The notes under the pieces: model-generated
The model's database searches: none
What the model was told of the DNA's origin: nothing
The model's input: the letters and a program-made list of their open reading frames with translations, nothing else
Made by a program: the position numbers and the translations under genes
Part shown: positions 21,728 through 31,884 of the stretch, piece by piece
Layout: each line of letters opens with the position of its first letter
How positions within the stretch are numbered: position 1 is the first letter of the stretch
Assembly: GCA_965219095.1 (NCBI GenBank)
Contig: OZ244719.1
Span: 642,142-706,141, forward strand
Length of the DNA: 64,000 nt
Direction of reading: 5' to 3'
From: Bdellovibrionales bacterium
GTDB lineage: Bacteria; Bdellovibrionota; Bdellovibrionia; Bdellovibrionales; UBA1609

Positions 21728-22320
21728 AGTTTATTGTTATTTTAGGAGTTATTTTAGGAGGAATAAGCTGTTCTCATCATAAGTTTCATTTAATAGAAAA
21801 TAGAAAAATCAATAATAAAGAATATAGTAAGATTATAGCCTCTTATACTCGAAAAGATCGAAAGTACGAATTGCCTGATGAAATTTACACTTTTAGGGCT
21901 GTTTTTTTGAGTACTGTTGTAAGAAAGGCACAATTGGAGAAACAAAGGTTTTATTTTCAATGGGCTAATGATAAGTACAATGAAGAGCTTAAAAAACAAA
22001 CTAGGAGGGTTAAAAAAAGGTCTGAATTTTTAGTGAGTCTCTACACTCCTAACAGAAATGATTCAAACCTTCAAAATCAAGTTTCACTTTGGAATTTTTT
22101 TCTCCTTTATAAGTCAAAAAGATATAAATTTAAGATTAAAAGATACACTCGAAATTATAACGAAGCACGTTTCTTGTATCCTAATATGGATCGGTGGAGC
22201 AGAAAGTACATAGTGCGTGTAGATATTTCTACTGAAGAGCTAGAAAAGGAGGGGTTTTCTCTTATTTTGTCAGGAAGAGAGGGACAAAGTATACTTGAAT
22301 TTAGAGGGAGGGGTAAATAA
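21724..22320 (+). CDS. Hypothetical lipoprotein
   Basis: MKFIVILGVILGGISC lipobox; overlaps the hydrolase stop. Confidence 0.7.
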   Translation: MKFIVILGVILGGISCSHHKFHLIENRKINNKEYSKIIASYTRKDRKYELPDEIYTFRAVFLSTVVRKAQLEKQRFYFQWANDKYNEELKKQTRRVKKRSEFLVSLYTPNRNDSNLQNQVSLWNFFLLYKSKRYKFKIKRYTRNYNEARFLYPNMDRWSRKYIVRVDISTEELEKEGFSLILSGREGQSILEFRGRGK

Positions 22321-22704
22321 ATCTTTTGAGGTCATAAGGGTTTTAATTTGACAGAATTAGAGTTTTTAGGATGAAAGTCTAGAATGAGCCTGTAAATTAA
22401 ATTGTGTAACTGAAGGTAATACACTGCAATAGGAATGGTGTCACCTCAAGTGGAAACGACTTAATCACAGTCCTTATCAACCCATCATGAAAGAATGAAG
22501 TTGCAGTCTGACTTGCTGCATCTAAATGTTGTAATAACTAGACAAAGTCAAGTTTTTTCGCAAAAAAGAGAAGGACAAATAAAGAATTAAGGATAAAAAT
22601 AAACCTAAACTTTTCTATAGAGCGAGGAAGAAATAGGTTGATAAAAAAGTATAACGAAAACTTAAGTTTTAAGTTATAGAACTTAAAGAAAAGAAAGGAC
22701 AGAT

Positions 22705-24090
22705 CTGAAACTATTTCATCATTTTATTTTTTTTAGTTTCTTGTGTTGTATCACAACATCTTGCCAAAGCGTAAACCTCAATTCTCATGGATACATTCGT
22801 GACCCTATACGTCGATCCTCTTTAGATCACCTTGAAAGTGAAAGATACAATTATGTTTCTATTGTACAGGGTTATACTAACGAAGAAAAAACCCATATCT
22901 CTATAGTCACAGGCCAAAAAAATCGTTATTTTGTTTATGAAAAAGGAAATTCTCGTACAAGAAGAGAAGTCAAGCCTTTTAAGACAGTGACCTTTCGTAA
23001 TTGGAGGATTCTAAAACTTAAAATCTCAGGATTGTCGTTAAAAAAAAGTTACATTTTAGAGGTTATTGATGAAAATCTTCAGGTTATAGACGAAAGGGTT
23101 TTTAAAGCCCTTGATCTTTCTAAGGCTAACCCTACTATTGTTGTAGGCTCTTGTATTCATGATGGAAAGCAAGTCTTTCAACAAAAAACTCTTTGGTCGA
23201 ATATTATTTATCATAAACCTGATGTTATTTTTCTTATAGGAGACAATGTATATGTAGATTCCAGTTATCGACTCAAACGTATTGCTAAAGAGGCTGTAAA
23301 TCCTCAACGGATGTTTAAACGTTATATAGAAACAAGACTGCATGTTCCTTTTTACTATAGTCGTACGTTATTTCCTACTTTAGCAGTTTGGGATGATCAT
23401 GATTTTGGAATTAACGATGGTGATAGTTCTTTTCGGTACGCAAAAGAAAGCAAGAGGGTTTTTGAACTTTTTTGGGCACAAAAGCCTTTAGAAAAAGGGC
23501 CTGGGGTTTCCTCTTTGTTTTCAGCTTTTGGACAAAATTTTCTCTTTTTAGATAACCGCTCTTTCAGGAGTTCTCCTGAAAATCAAATTCAATCCCATTT
23601 TGGTGAACTCCAAGAAAAATGGCTTACGAGACAATTACAAAAGCATAAAAAACCATCATGGCTTATTTCTGGAGGACAATTTTTTGGAGGCGTTTATCCG
23701 TGGGAAAGCTATGAGAGAAACCATCCTCAAGCGTTTGTAAAGTTCAAAAACAGGTTAAAGAGATTCTCTCAACCTCTTTTGTTTCTTTCCGGAGATAGAC
23801 ATTTTAGTGAAATCATGAGAGTTTTTAAAACAGACATAGCTCAAGAGACTTTTGAAATTACAACAAGCCCCCTACACAGCTTCCTTTATCCTAACCATTG
23901 GAAGACCTACCCTAACCCAAGACAAATAGTAGGAAAAGCCTCTATGATTAATTATACTGTTTTAAAACCTCGTGTGGAATTTATTAGAAAAGAAGATTTA
24001 GGAGGTAATATAAAAGTACAAGTTACAGTTTATGGTGTTGGTAAAAAGATTTTATTTCAAGAAAACTTGACAATTTTAGGTAAAATTTAA
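22705..24090 (+). CDS. phoD: PhoD-like alkaline phosphatase (probable CTG start)
   Basis: GSC, GDNVYVD, WDDHDFGINDG, LDNRSFR, SGDRH; in-frame CTG at 22705 after AGAAAGGA gives a signal peptide ending TTSC. Confidence 0.85.
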   Translation: MKLFHHFIFFSFLCCITTSCQSVNLNSHGYIRDPIRRSSLDHLESERYNYVSIVQGYTNEEKTHISIVTGQKNRYFVYEKGNSRTRREVKPFKTVTFRNWRILKLKISGLSLKKSYILEVIDENLQVIDERVFKALDLSKANPTIVVGSCIHDGKQVFQQKTLWSNIIYHKPDVIFLIGDNVYVDSSYRLKRIAKEAVNPQRMFKRYIETRLHVPFYYSRTLFPTLAVWDDHDFGINDGDSSFRYAKESKRVFELFWAQKPLEKGPGVSSLFSAFGQNFLFLDNRSFRSSPENQIQSHFGELQEKWLTRQLQKHKKPSWLISGGQFFGGVYPWESYERNHPQAFVKFKNRLKRFSQPLLFLSGDRHFSEIMRVFKTDIAQETFEITTSPLHSFLYPNHWKTYPNPRQIVGKASMINYTVLKPRVEFIRKEDLGGNIKVQVTVYGVGKKILFQENLTILGKI

Positions 24091-24091
24091 A

Positions 24092-24481
24092 ATGAGTGGC
24101 ATTTTTCAAAAAATTATTGATGGCAAACTTCCTTCTTATAAGATCTTTGAAGATGAGTGGACTTATTCTTTTTTAAGCAATCGTCCTATAAAAAAAGGGC
24201 ATACTCTTGTGATTCCCAAAATAGAGATGGATTATTTTCCTGATGTTCCTGAGCCTTATTACTCTAAAGTTTTTGAAAATGCTAAAATCATAGCGAAAGC
24301 TTTAAAAAAAGCCACACAGTGTAAAAGAGTATCGACAGCCATTTTAGGTTATGAGATTCCACACTTTCATTATCATCTCGTTCCTACATGGAGTCTTTTT
24401 GACTTAGATTTTACAAAAGCTAAAGGGGATACAGAAGCCTCTTTTCTAGAGGTTCAAAAGAAAATAAAATCTTTTTTATAG
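24092..24481 (+). CDS. HIT-family nucleotide hydrolase
   Basis: IFQKIIDG.LPSY, GHTLVIPK, HFHYHLVP histidine triad. Confidence 0.92.
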   Translation: MSGIFQKIIDGKLPSYKIFEDEWTYSFLSNRPIKKGHTLVIPKIEMDYFPDVPEPYYSKVFENAKIIAKALKKATQCKRVSTAILGYEIPHFHYHLVPTWSLFDLDFTKAKGDTEASFLEVQKKIKSFL

Positions 24482-24528
24482 TGTCTTTGGTTATAAATTT
24501 TAAGGTATCTATTTTTTTGTTATTCTAC

Positions 24529-24700
24529 GGCTTTGTTGCAGGCTAAGCCTCTAAGCTTAACTAAGGTCTAGCAATTCATTGATAAACACAAGATGCTTTC
24601 CTGTAACCTAAGACCCTTAGAAATAAAAAACAAGTATGGTTTGGAGGTTTTATGGGAAAATGTCTCAAAAAGATCGATTGGAGAAAATATAAAAAGAGAT
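24529..24700 (+). mobile_element. IS5/IS903-like left-end remnant
   Basis: GGCTTTGTTGCA end; homologous to 5679-5760 plus 7207-7290. Confidence 0.75.
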
Positions 24701-25397
24701 CATTAAGCAACTTGGAGTGGTTTAAATTTATTTTTAGATAATGAGAAAATTCCTATGACAAACAATGAGGCAGAAAGAACGATTCGACATTCTGTGATGG
24801 GAAGAAAGAACTTTCATGGGTCAAGGACTCAGAGAGGGTCTGAAACAGCAATAACGCTTTACATTATTGTGGAAAGTTGTAAGAAGGTGGAATTGGATCC
24901 TAAGGACTATGTTTTAATGACTGTGGAAAACTCCCTCGATAAAATACCTGTTAAAACGCCTCTTGAGTATACAAGAGAGTTTCGTTCTTAAAAGAATAAA
25001 ACACAAAGAAAATCAAAATACAAAAAAAAACGTAACTGCTCACCCCTTTAAGTTTTTATTTAAAGCCATAGAGATGGCTTCTAAAGAAGAATACCCTCTA
25101 TTTCTCATTGTTTTAACATAGCTGGTAATGCGACAAAAATATTTCGCCATTTCTTCTGTTCTGAAACACCCTGACACTTTCTTTTTCACCTTAGTCATTC
25201 TTAGATTTCTTTCAGCTCTGTTATTAGTAGGATCTACGTTCTTTCTTTTAGCAAAACACAGTATTTCTGCTTCATACTTTTTAAATCGCAGCCAAAGGTT
25301 TTGAGCTTGTGTATGCTTTATTCGTCCTTTCTTGCCATTTTTCTTAGGAAATTCTGGAAGCTCTTTTAAGCCTTTTGTAAGAATACTCCTATACCTT

Positions 25398-28300
25398 CCT
25401 GAAATCTGTTAATTTTGGTACTAGGTTTCAGGACTAAGAGCCTGTTTTTTTCAACAGAATACTCATGATAAATCATAAGAACGAGTTAATTTAGTCTCAT
25501 TGAGTTTTTCTGGAGAACTTATAACACACTGTTTTTATAGGTTTTTTTAAAGCTATGTTTTTCATAGGCTCTATTTTTGGATTGAAATTTGATTCTGTCG
25601 TTAAGAGTTTTGAGCCATCAATAGGGAGTTGACAAAGCCCCTAAAACATAGTTCAAATTGAACTATGTCTTATAGGTATGAAGAGAAAAGAAATGGAAGC
25701 ATCTATGTATATGAGATAAGCAGCTACTGGGACAAAGAAAAAAAACAATCTCGTCAGAGAAGAGTTTATTTGGGCAAGAAGAATCAATCTACGGGGAGGC
25801 TTGAAGCCAAGTTGAACAAACATCCTATAGGTTCTGTAGGTGTTGGGGGGGGGTGCATCTTTTGCGAGAGATCAGCAAGCAATTAAATTTAGTGAAGGTG
25901 TTAAAGAAAGTTTTTCCGAAAGAATATGAGAAGGTTCTTTATTTGTCTTTTTTTAAAGTAATTAGGGGGGAAGCTTATTATCTTTATCCGTATTGGTGTC
26001 AAGAATCTTTTGTTTCTTCCAAGAATTGTCTTAATTCACCGGACATAAGTAATTTTCTTTTATCTATAGGTTTAGACGAGCAGAGAGTGGAGAGATTTTT
26101 TATGGAGTGGATTGGTGTACACAGAGAAAGCTCCAGAGTTTTTATGTTTGATATTACATCTATATCTTCTTATGGTGTTGAGAATGAGTTTTTAGAAAGG
26201 GGTTATAATCGAGATGGTGAGTCTTTGGATCATGATCTTCCCCCAAAAAAGTGGACAGTTTTTATGTTCTTAAAGCCCTCCTTTGTTTAAATTCTTTTGG
26301 GCTCATGTATTTCAAGGAAGAATGCATTCTTACCTTGTTATACCAATCCATGTAAATTGCAATTTTTTTCTCCAACTCTTCCTTCGTTGTACAGTCTTTG
26401 TATTCCAGTTCATCCTTCAACGTATGGAAAAAGCTCTCCACAAACGCATTATCATAACAATTTCCTTTCCTAGACATAGATTGCTTGAGGCCAAAGAATT
26501 TCAATTCTTTTCTAAACCCTTCACAACAATATTGAACCCCTTGATCCGAGTGGATTATCAAGCCCTCTAAGTTCCCAGAAACAGATTGGACTGCGGCTCT
26601 CAGAGCCTGTTTTGAATGAACCCCGTCCAAGCTCTCACAGAGCTTCCAAGACTTAATCTCTCGATTATAGACATCTAAAAATACAACCAAATACAGAAAT
26701 TTATCTCTAAAAGGAATATAGGTTAAATCCGAACACCATACCTGGTTTTCTTTTCCTGCTTGGCTCTGTCCTGTCTTAAACAACCGAGGAGACTTAATCA
26801 TGAGAGGGTTATTCTTTGTTGTTCTAGGAACATAGGGTTTTTTCTGACGGGCACTGAGATTCTTTAGTTTCATAATTCGAGCTACTTTGTTTTCTCCAGC
26901 ACTCACTCCGCAACGCTTTAATTCCCTATACACCCTGGGGGAACCATAACAGCCTTTATTTTTTTTAAAAATAGATTCTATGTTTTTCTCCAGATTTTTA
27001 TCCTTTTCAAGCTTTCCCCTGGTTTTTAAAAAACTATAAAAACCAGAACGAGATCCTCTTAATAATTCGCAGATGCGAAGCACTGGATGCCCTTTCTCTT
27101 TTACATAAAACATAGCCTTAAATCTCATTTCAGGATTTCCTTTGAAAAAAAAGCCGCTGCCTCTTTCAATATACCTACACTCCGCCTCTCATAGACCAGC
27201 TCCTTTTTTAACCTCTTTATTTCCTCCAATGCCGAAGCCAAGTCATGGGAAGCTTGTCTTTCTACTTCAGGCTTTAGAAAACGCTTCCAAGAGCTTATCA
27301 CTTGGAAATTTCTCAGTCCTAGCTTCTCTGAGGCTTCCTTTGCACCTATTTCCTCTGCCAATTCAATGGCTTGCTTTTTAAACTCTTCCGAGTACTGTTT
27401 TACTTTTTCCATTCTTTCTTTTACCTCCATTTTATGGAGACTTTAAGAGAAAATTGACTGTCCGCAAAAACAGGGGAAGTTCATCAAGTCAATTTAGGAG
27501 TTTTAAGTCAGAGCAAGGAAGGTTTAGGCAAAGGAAGTTCAAGCCTTCCTTTGGGTTATCGATTGTATCCGGGCAGTATTACTGATGTTGTGTCATTAAG
27601 GAGCGTGTTACAGTTAGCCAAGGAATACGATTTAGATTTGAAGTGTTTTGTTTTAGATAAAGGGTTTTACAGCCAAGAAAACATAAAAGATTTAAACAGG
27701 GAGGCTTCATCGTACATCGTCCCTATGAGCTTTAGTACGAGTCTATCCCATGCTTTATTGGGATCTGTGAGTAAGGAGCTTGATTCAATTCCCTCTTCGT
27801 TTGTATTCCGTGGTCAAGTTTATTCTTACTGCAGACGAGAAATTAAAATTGGAAAGACTCGTTGTATGGCTCATATATATTTGGATGAAAAGAGAAGGGT
27901 GTCTAAAAAAAATGAAATGCTATTGAAGTTGGATTATTTTGAGCGAAGATTTTCTAAGAAGAAGTTTAGGACAAAGAAAGAGTGCGATGAGTGCATAGCA
28001 GAAACCTTAAAGAGTGCCAAGAAGCGCTTTACAGTTGTCAAGAAAAAGGGAGGTTTTTTTATTTTGAGAGATTTGGATTATATTAAAAAGCAGATGCGAA
28101 AAATGGGTGTGTTGATTTTACTTACCGATTGCGATCAAAAGCTTTCAAAAGATGAGATCTTAGAGTTGTATAGAAACAAAGATAGCATTGAAAAGATTTT
28201 TTTGTCTTTCAAGCATGATATAAATGAAAAGCGAACGAGGACTCATTCGCTACAAACCATGAGAGGAAGTTTATTTATTAACTTTATAGCTTTAATTTTA

Positions 28301-28577
28301 ATCTCTCACATAAATAATGTGATGAAAGAAAAGAATCTGTACAAGAAATTTTCAAAAACAGAGGTCTATAAAATTTTAGATAAATTAAAGTTCTATAAAT
28401 TGGCCACAGGACAAACAAGATTAGGAGAGTTGTCCGGTAAGCAAAAGAGCCTTTATAAAGCTTTTAATGTGACTCGGGAAATCCCACACAGCTTTAAGTT
28501 GTAAAATCCCCTCCGACTAATGCGACGCATTACGAGGGCCGAATAAAAACCTAGTACCAAAATTAACAGAATTCAGG
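25398..28577 (+). mobile_element. IS1634-family element split by IS3
   Basis: IR CCTGAA.TCTGTTAATTTTGGTACTAGGTTT; TSD ATACCTT; transposase pieces 25665-26232 and 27484-28504 (FDITSISSY, RGYNRDG, DKGFYS, IEKIF); frameshift at G9 tract near 25845. Confidence 0.88.
26233..27483 (-). mobile_element. IS3-family element (OrfA 27125-27430, OrfB 26262-27128)
   Basis: TG...CA ends, TSD TCA, DDE motifs WCSDLTY, HSDQGVQY, DNAFVESFF. Confidence 0.95.
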
Positions 28578-29928
28578 ATACCTTCTCTGAAGAGTTTCGT
28601 ACTCTTTTTGAGTCAGAACTCTTGACTCTTTTTTATGAACTAACTCCACAGTCTCTTTAAGAAGTTTTTTGAGATTTGTAGCCCATTTGAATCCATTGCT
28701 TTCTTCTATAAATTTAAGCTCTCTCAAAAGGTGAGCCACACACAAAGCATGAGTTATCTTATCATAACAAAAGTAAGGACTCCAACAATCATGCACAAGC
28801 ACTCCTCCATATCTATCCAAGAGACCAATATCTTTTATGGCTTCCCTTCCACCTGAAAGGTGGAGAAACTGCAAGACTAATTCTCCTGAACTATAAGTAT
28901 GAATCCAGTAGTTTTTACCCTTAACCCTCATAGAGGTCTCATCAACATGAATGACCTCTGATTCAAGTATCTTTTCTTTCATCTGCTCTTCCCAACTTTT
29001 AAGAAACTCTCCTAATTCAGCAATGTATCTCAACATAACTGCAGGAGAAATCATTCGACCTATAAGCCCCATGTAATGTTCCCCAACACGTTGAAAAGAC
29101 AGCATCTGAACTATAATGAAATTGATGATGGAAGCTCTAATGCCTATACCATACTGAAGAGGACCACTCATACCTTTAGGGAATTGACCTTTATTTCTAG
29201 CTCCACATGAGGGACAATCCTTAACTTCAGAAGTTACAGTATGGGTCTGAATTTCATAAAAAATATCAATCTTTTTACGCTTCTCAAGGCTTTTTACCTC
29301 TGCTGTCTTTAAAAACATCCCACACTGAGAACACTCTGAGGGAGAGACAGTCTCCTCACTGTTTGTATCTTTACTGTTATCAAGTCTAGAGCCCTTTTTC
29401 TGACTCCCACTAGCTTTCTTATTACGATTCCCTTGACGACTAAAATCTTGCGAAGGAGGAAGACCGCTGTTGCTGGAATTTTTTCGAACCTGTTTTTCTA
29501 AAAGCACAGCAATCAGAATGTTCACAACCTTAAAGAGAGATTCAAAAACCACAGAAATCTCAGTAGGCACAGAACCTTTCTTTGCAAACTTATCAAAGTC
29601 ACTTCTTATATTTTCAATCTCATTTCTGATGGAGGTCTTATTTATTGTCATTTGAAAAAAGTATTTAAAAGAAAATCTGTAAGAGCAAGACTTTTATCTT
29701 AAAACAGGTCTAAAGTTAGGGATAACTGAACAATGTAGGTGAGCAGTTACAAAAAAACTAGAAATCATTCACAAGAACTTCTCTATATTTTTGTAATAGG
29801 GAAGACCTTAGGAAAATGTACAATAAGATCAATAAAAACTTCTCCTTTAAAATCTAAGAAACATCCTCCTCGTAGGAATCAAGGGCTGTTAAAAAACCGA
29901 CTTACTCTTAAAATACTTATTTAAAAAA

Positions 29929-30008
29929 GATAAAGGAGGGAAGAGATGTTTTTAAAGACTATCCTAAATAACTGATTGCATTTCAAAACCCACACATAGA
30001 GAGGAGGG
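29929..30008 (+). pseudogene. Internally deleted ISL3 remnant
   Basis: GGAGGGAAGAGATG.TTTT.AAGACTAT.CTAAAT matches the ISL3 transposase start at 34850-34885, followed by an ACCCACA..GAGGAGG end-like motif. Confidence 0.55.
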
Positions 30009-30149
30009 TCAGAGTTTTTGTCAAAATGTTTTGATAACATAGAGTCCTATGTAAACAATATTTTTTATGGAAGCCTTGTTATCAAAAAAAGAGCTTTGTT
30101 GCACGCTGAGCCTTCAGTAACAAGAAGAATGGGGTTAAAAACAACTCCA

Positions 30150-30968
30150 TTAAAAGAGAATTGTTTGTTTTGATTTTCTTAAATTATAAGATAAAGTTTG
30201 AAGAGCTAGGATGATTAGGAATAAAAGGAAGGCTGGAAAAAGTATTACATAGAAAGAGCCTGTATAGAAATGACCCCAACCATCACTCATAAGAACTCCT
30301 AAACTGGCTTCAGGAGGTTCAAATCCTAAACCTATAAAGCTTAAAAAACTTTCAAATAAAATGTGTGCTGGCAATTGAAAAATAAACAAAGCCCATAAAA
30401 GGGATTTCAAATTAGGGGCAAGATGAAAAAAGATGATTCTAAAGTTGTTAGCCCCTAAGGCTTTAGCCGATTCTATAAAGCTCATCTCTTTCATTTGAAG
30501 CACTTGTCCTCTCATCACTCTAGCCGTAGTCCTCCATCCTATTAAACTTAAAGTGATACAAAGAATAAAATAACTGTTTACTTGTCCTTCATACATATTT
30601 TCTAAAATCACCTTAAATAAAAGTAAAAGCACAAGAGTCGGTAGAGAAGAAAAAAACTCTACTCCTCTCATTAAAATCTCATCCCATCTGCCCCCCATCC
30701 ATCCTGAAAAAATACCATAGAAAAAACCTATCAAAACTGCTAAAAGGCTACTTATAAAGCCTAGTGAAAAAGAAAGGCGACTAGCATAAAATGTTCTGGA
30801 CAAAACATCTCTTCCTAAATCATCAGTACCCATAAGATGAAGCCAACTTGGTGCTTCTAAGACTTTATCTATATTTTGCTCATTAGAAGAATAAGGAGCC
30901 CATAGATCGACTGTTAAGCATAGAAGAAAAAAAATAACTAAAAACCAAAAACTTTTTTTATACCTCAT
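30150..30968 (-). CDS. oppC: Oligopeptide ABC permease, OppC/DppC-like
   Basis: HLMGTDDLGRDV, EAA motif FIESAKALGA, ESFLSFIGLG. Confidence 0.9.
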   Translation of the reverse strand: MRYKKSFWFLVIFFLLCLTVDLWAPYSSNEQNIDKVLEAPSWLHLMGTDDLGRDVLSRTFYASRLSFSLGFISSLLAVLIGFFYGIFSGWMGGRWDEILMRGVEFFSSLPTLVLLLLFKVILENMYEGQVNSYFILCITLSLIGWRTTARVMRGQVLQMKEMSFIESAKALGANNFRIIFFHLAPNLKSLLWALFIFQLPAHILFESFLSFIGLGFEPPEASLGVLMSDGWGHFYTGSFYVILFPAFLLFLIILALQTLSYNLRKSKQTILF

Positions 30969-31878
30969 ACTTTATCCTAGGGTCTAAGAGCAAATAGGAA
31001 AGATCAATTAAGTAGTTTACAAAACAAAGTATAAAAGAAAAAATAAATACACAAGCTAAGATTAAAGGATAATCACGAGTGAAAATACTCAAGGTCATTT
31101 GAGAGCCTAGACCAGGTATAGCAAAAATTTTTTCTACAACAAATGAGCCTGTTAAAATGCCTGAAAAAAGAGAGCCTGAGTAGCTTAAGACCGGCAAGAT
31201 GGCGTTTCTAAGAATATGTTTAAAAAGAACTTGAGTCACAGAAAGACCTTTTGAAAAGGCTGTTTGAACATAAGGTTCTTTTATCTGATCCACAAAATTA
31301 AAATAAGTCAATTGAGCTATAAAAGCCATAGGTCTTAAGGACAAGCACATCACAGGTAAAATAAAATGAGAAGGTGTACCCCAAAGAGCTACAGGAAGCC
31401 ATTTGAGTTGAAGGCTGAACAATAAGATAGCAAAAGCAGCCACTAAAAAGTTGGGTAAAGAAGCTCCTAGAACACAAAAAAAGACCACAAACTTTTCAGG
31501 CCATTTGTTATGATATAAAAAACCTATAAACCCTAAAAAAATACCTAAAGAGTAACAAACCAAAAGAGTAACAAATCCTAGCTTTAAACTCTCAGTAAAA
31601 GATTCTTTTAAAATTGCACCCACGTCATAACCTTGATGGAAATAAGATTTTCCAAAATGTCCCTTCAATAAAGATAGGAAATAGTGCTGATATTGTACCC
31701 ATAAAGTTTCATCCAATTGATATTGAATCTCTAATTGTTTTTTAACAACTTGATCCAAAGGCCTTTCTTCTTCAAAAGCAGATCCTGGAAGATATCTTAA
31801 AAGAAAAAAGTTGGCTGTTAAAATAAGCCAAAGAATGAAAATAAAGCTGAGGGTTCTTTTAAAAAGATAATTTAACAT
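30958..31878 (-). CDS. oppB: Oligopeptide ABC permease, OppB/DppB-like
   Basis: YVQTAFSKGL, HILRNA, GSFVVEKIFAIPGLG, RDYP. Confidence 0.9.
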   Translation of the reverse strand: MLNYLFKRTLSFIFILWLILTANFFLLRYLPGSAFEEERPLDQVVKKQLEIQYQLDETLWVQYQHYFLSLLKGHFGKSYFHQGYDVGAILKESFTESLKLGFVTLLVCYSLGIFLGFIGFLYHNKWPEKFVVFFCVLGASLPNFLVAAFAILLFSLQLKWLPVALWGTPSHFILPVMCLSLRPMAFIAQLTYFNFVDQIKEPYVQTAFSKGLSVTQVLFKHILRNAILPVLSYSGSLFSGILTGSFVVEKIFAIPGLGSQMTLSIFTRDYPLILACVFIFSFILCFVNYLIDLSYLLLDPRIKYEV

Positions 31879-31884
31879 TCATCA

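Larger units (their letters stand above)
25032..29750 (-). mobile_element. IS66-family single-ORF (ISBst12-like) element split by IS1634
   Basis: IR GTAACTGCTCACC; 8-bp TSD AAAAAAAC; ORF 28563-29651 (NSSNSGLPPSQD, VDET, CVAHLLREL) continues in 25040-25397 (PTNNRAERNLRM.KVKKKVSGCFR). Confidence 0.92.
24720..29905 (+). mobile_element. IS66 3' remnant (tnpC tail and right end) hosting three nested IS
   Basis: TNNEAERTIRHSVMGRKNF at 24755-24991; tail resumes at 29751 and ends CGACTTAC; uninterrupted homolog at 44544-44989. Confidence 0.85.
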
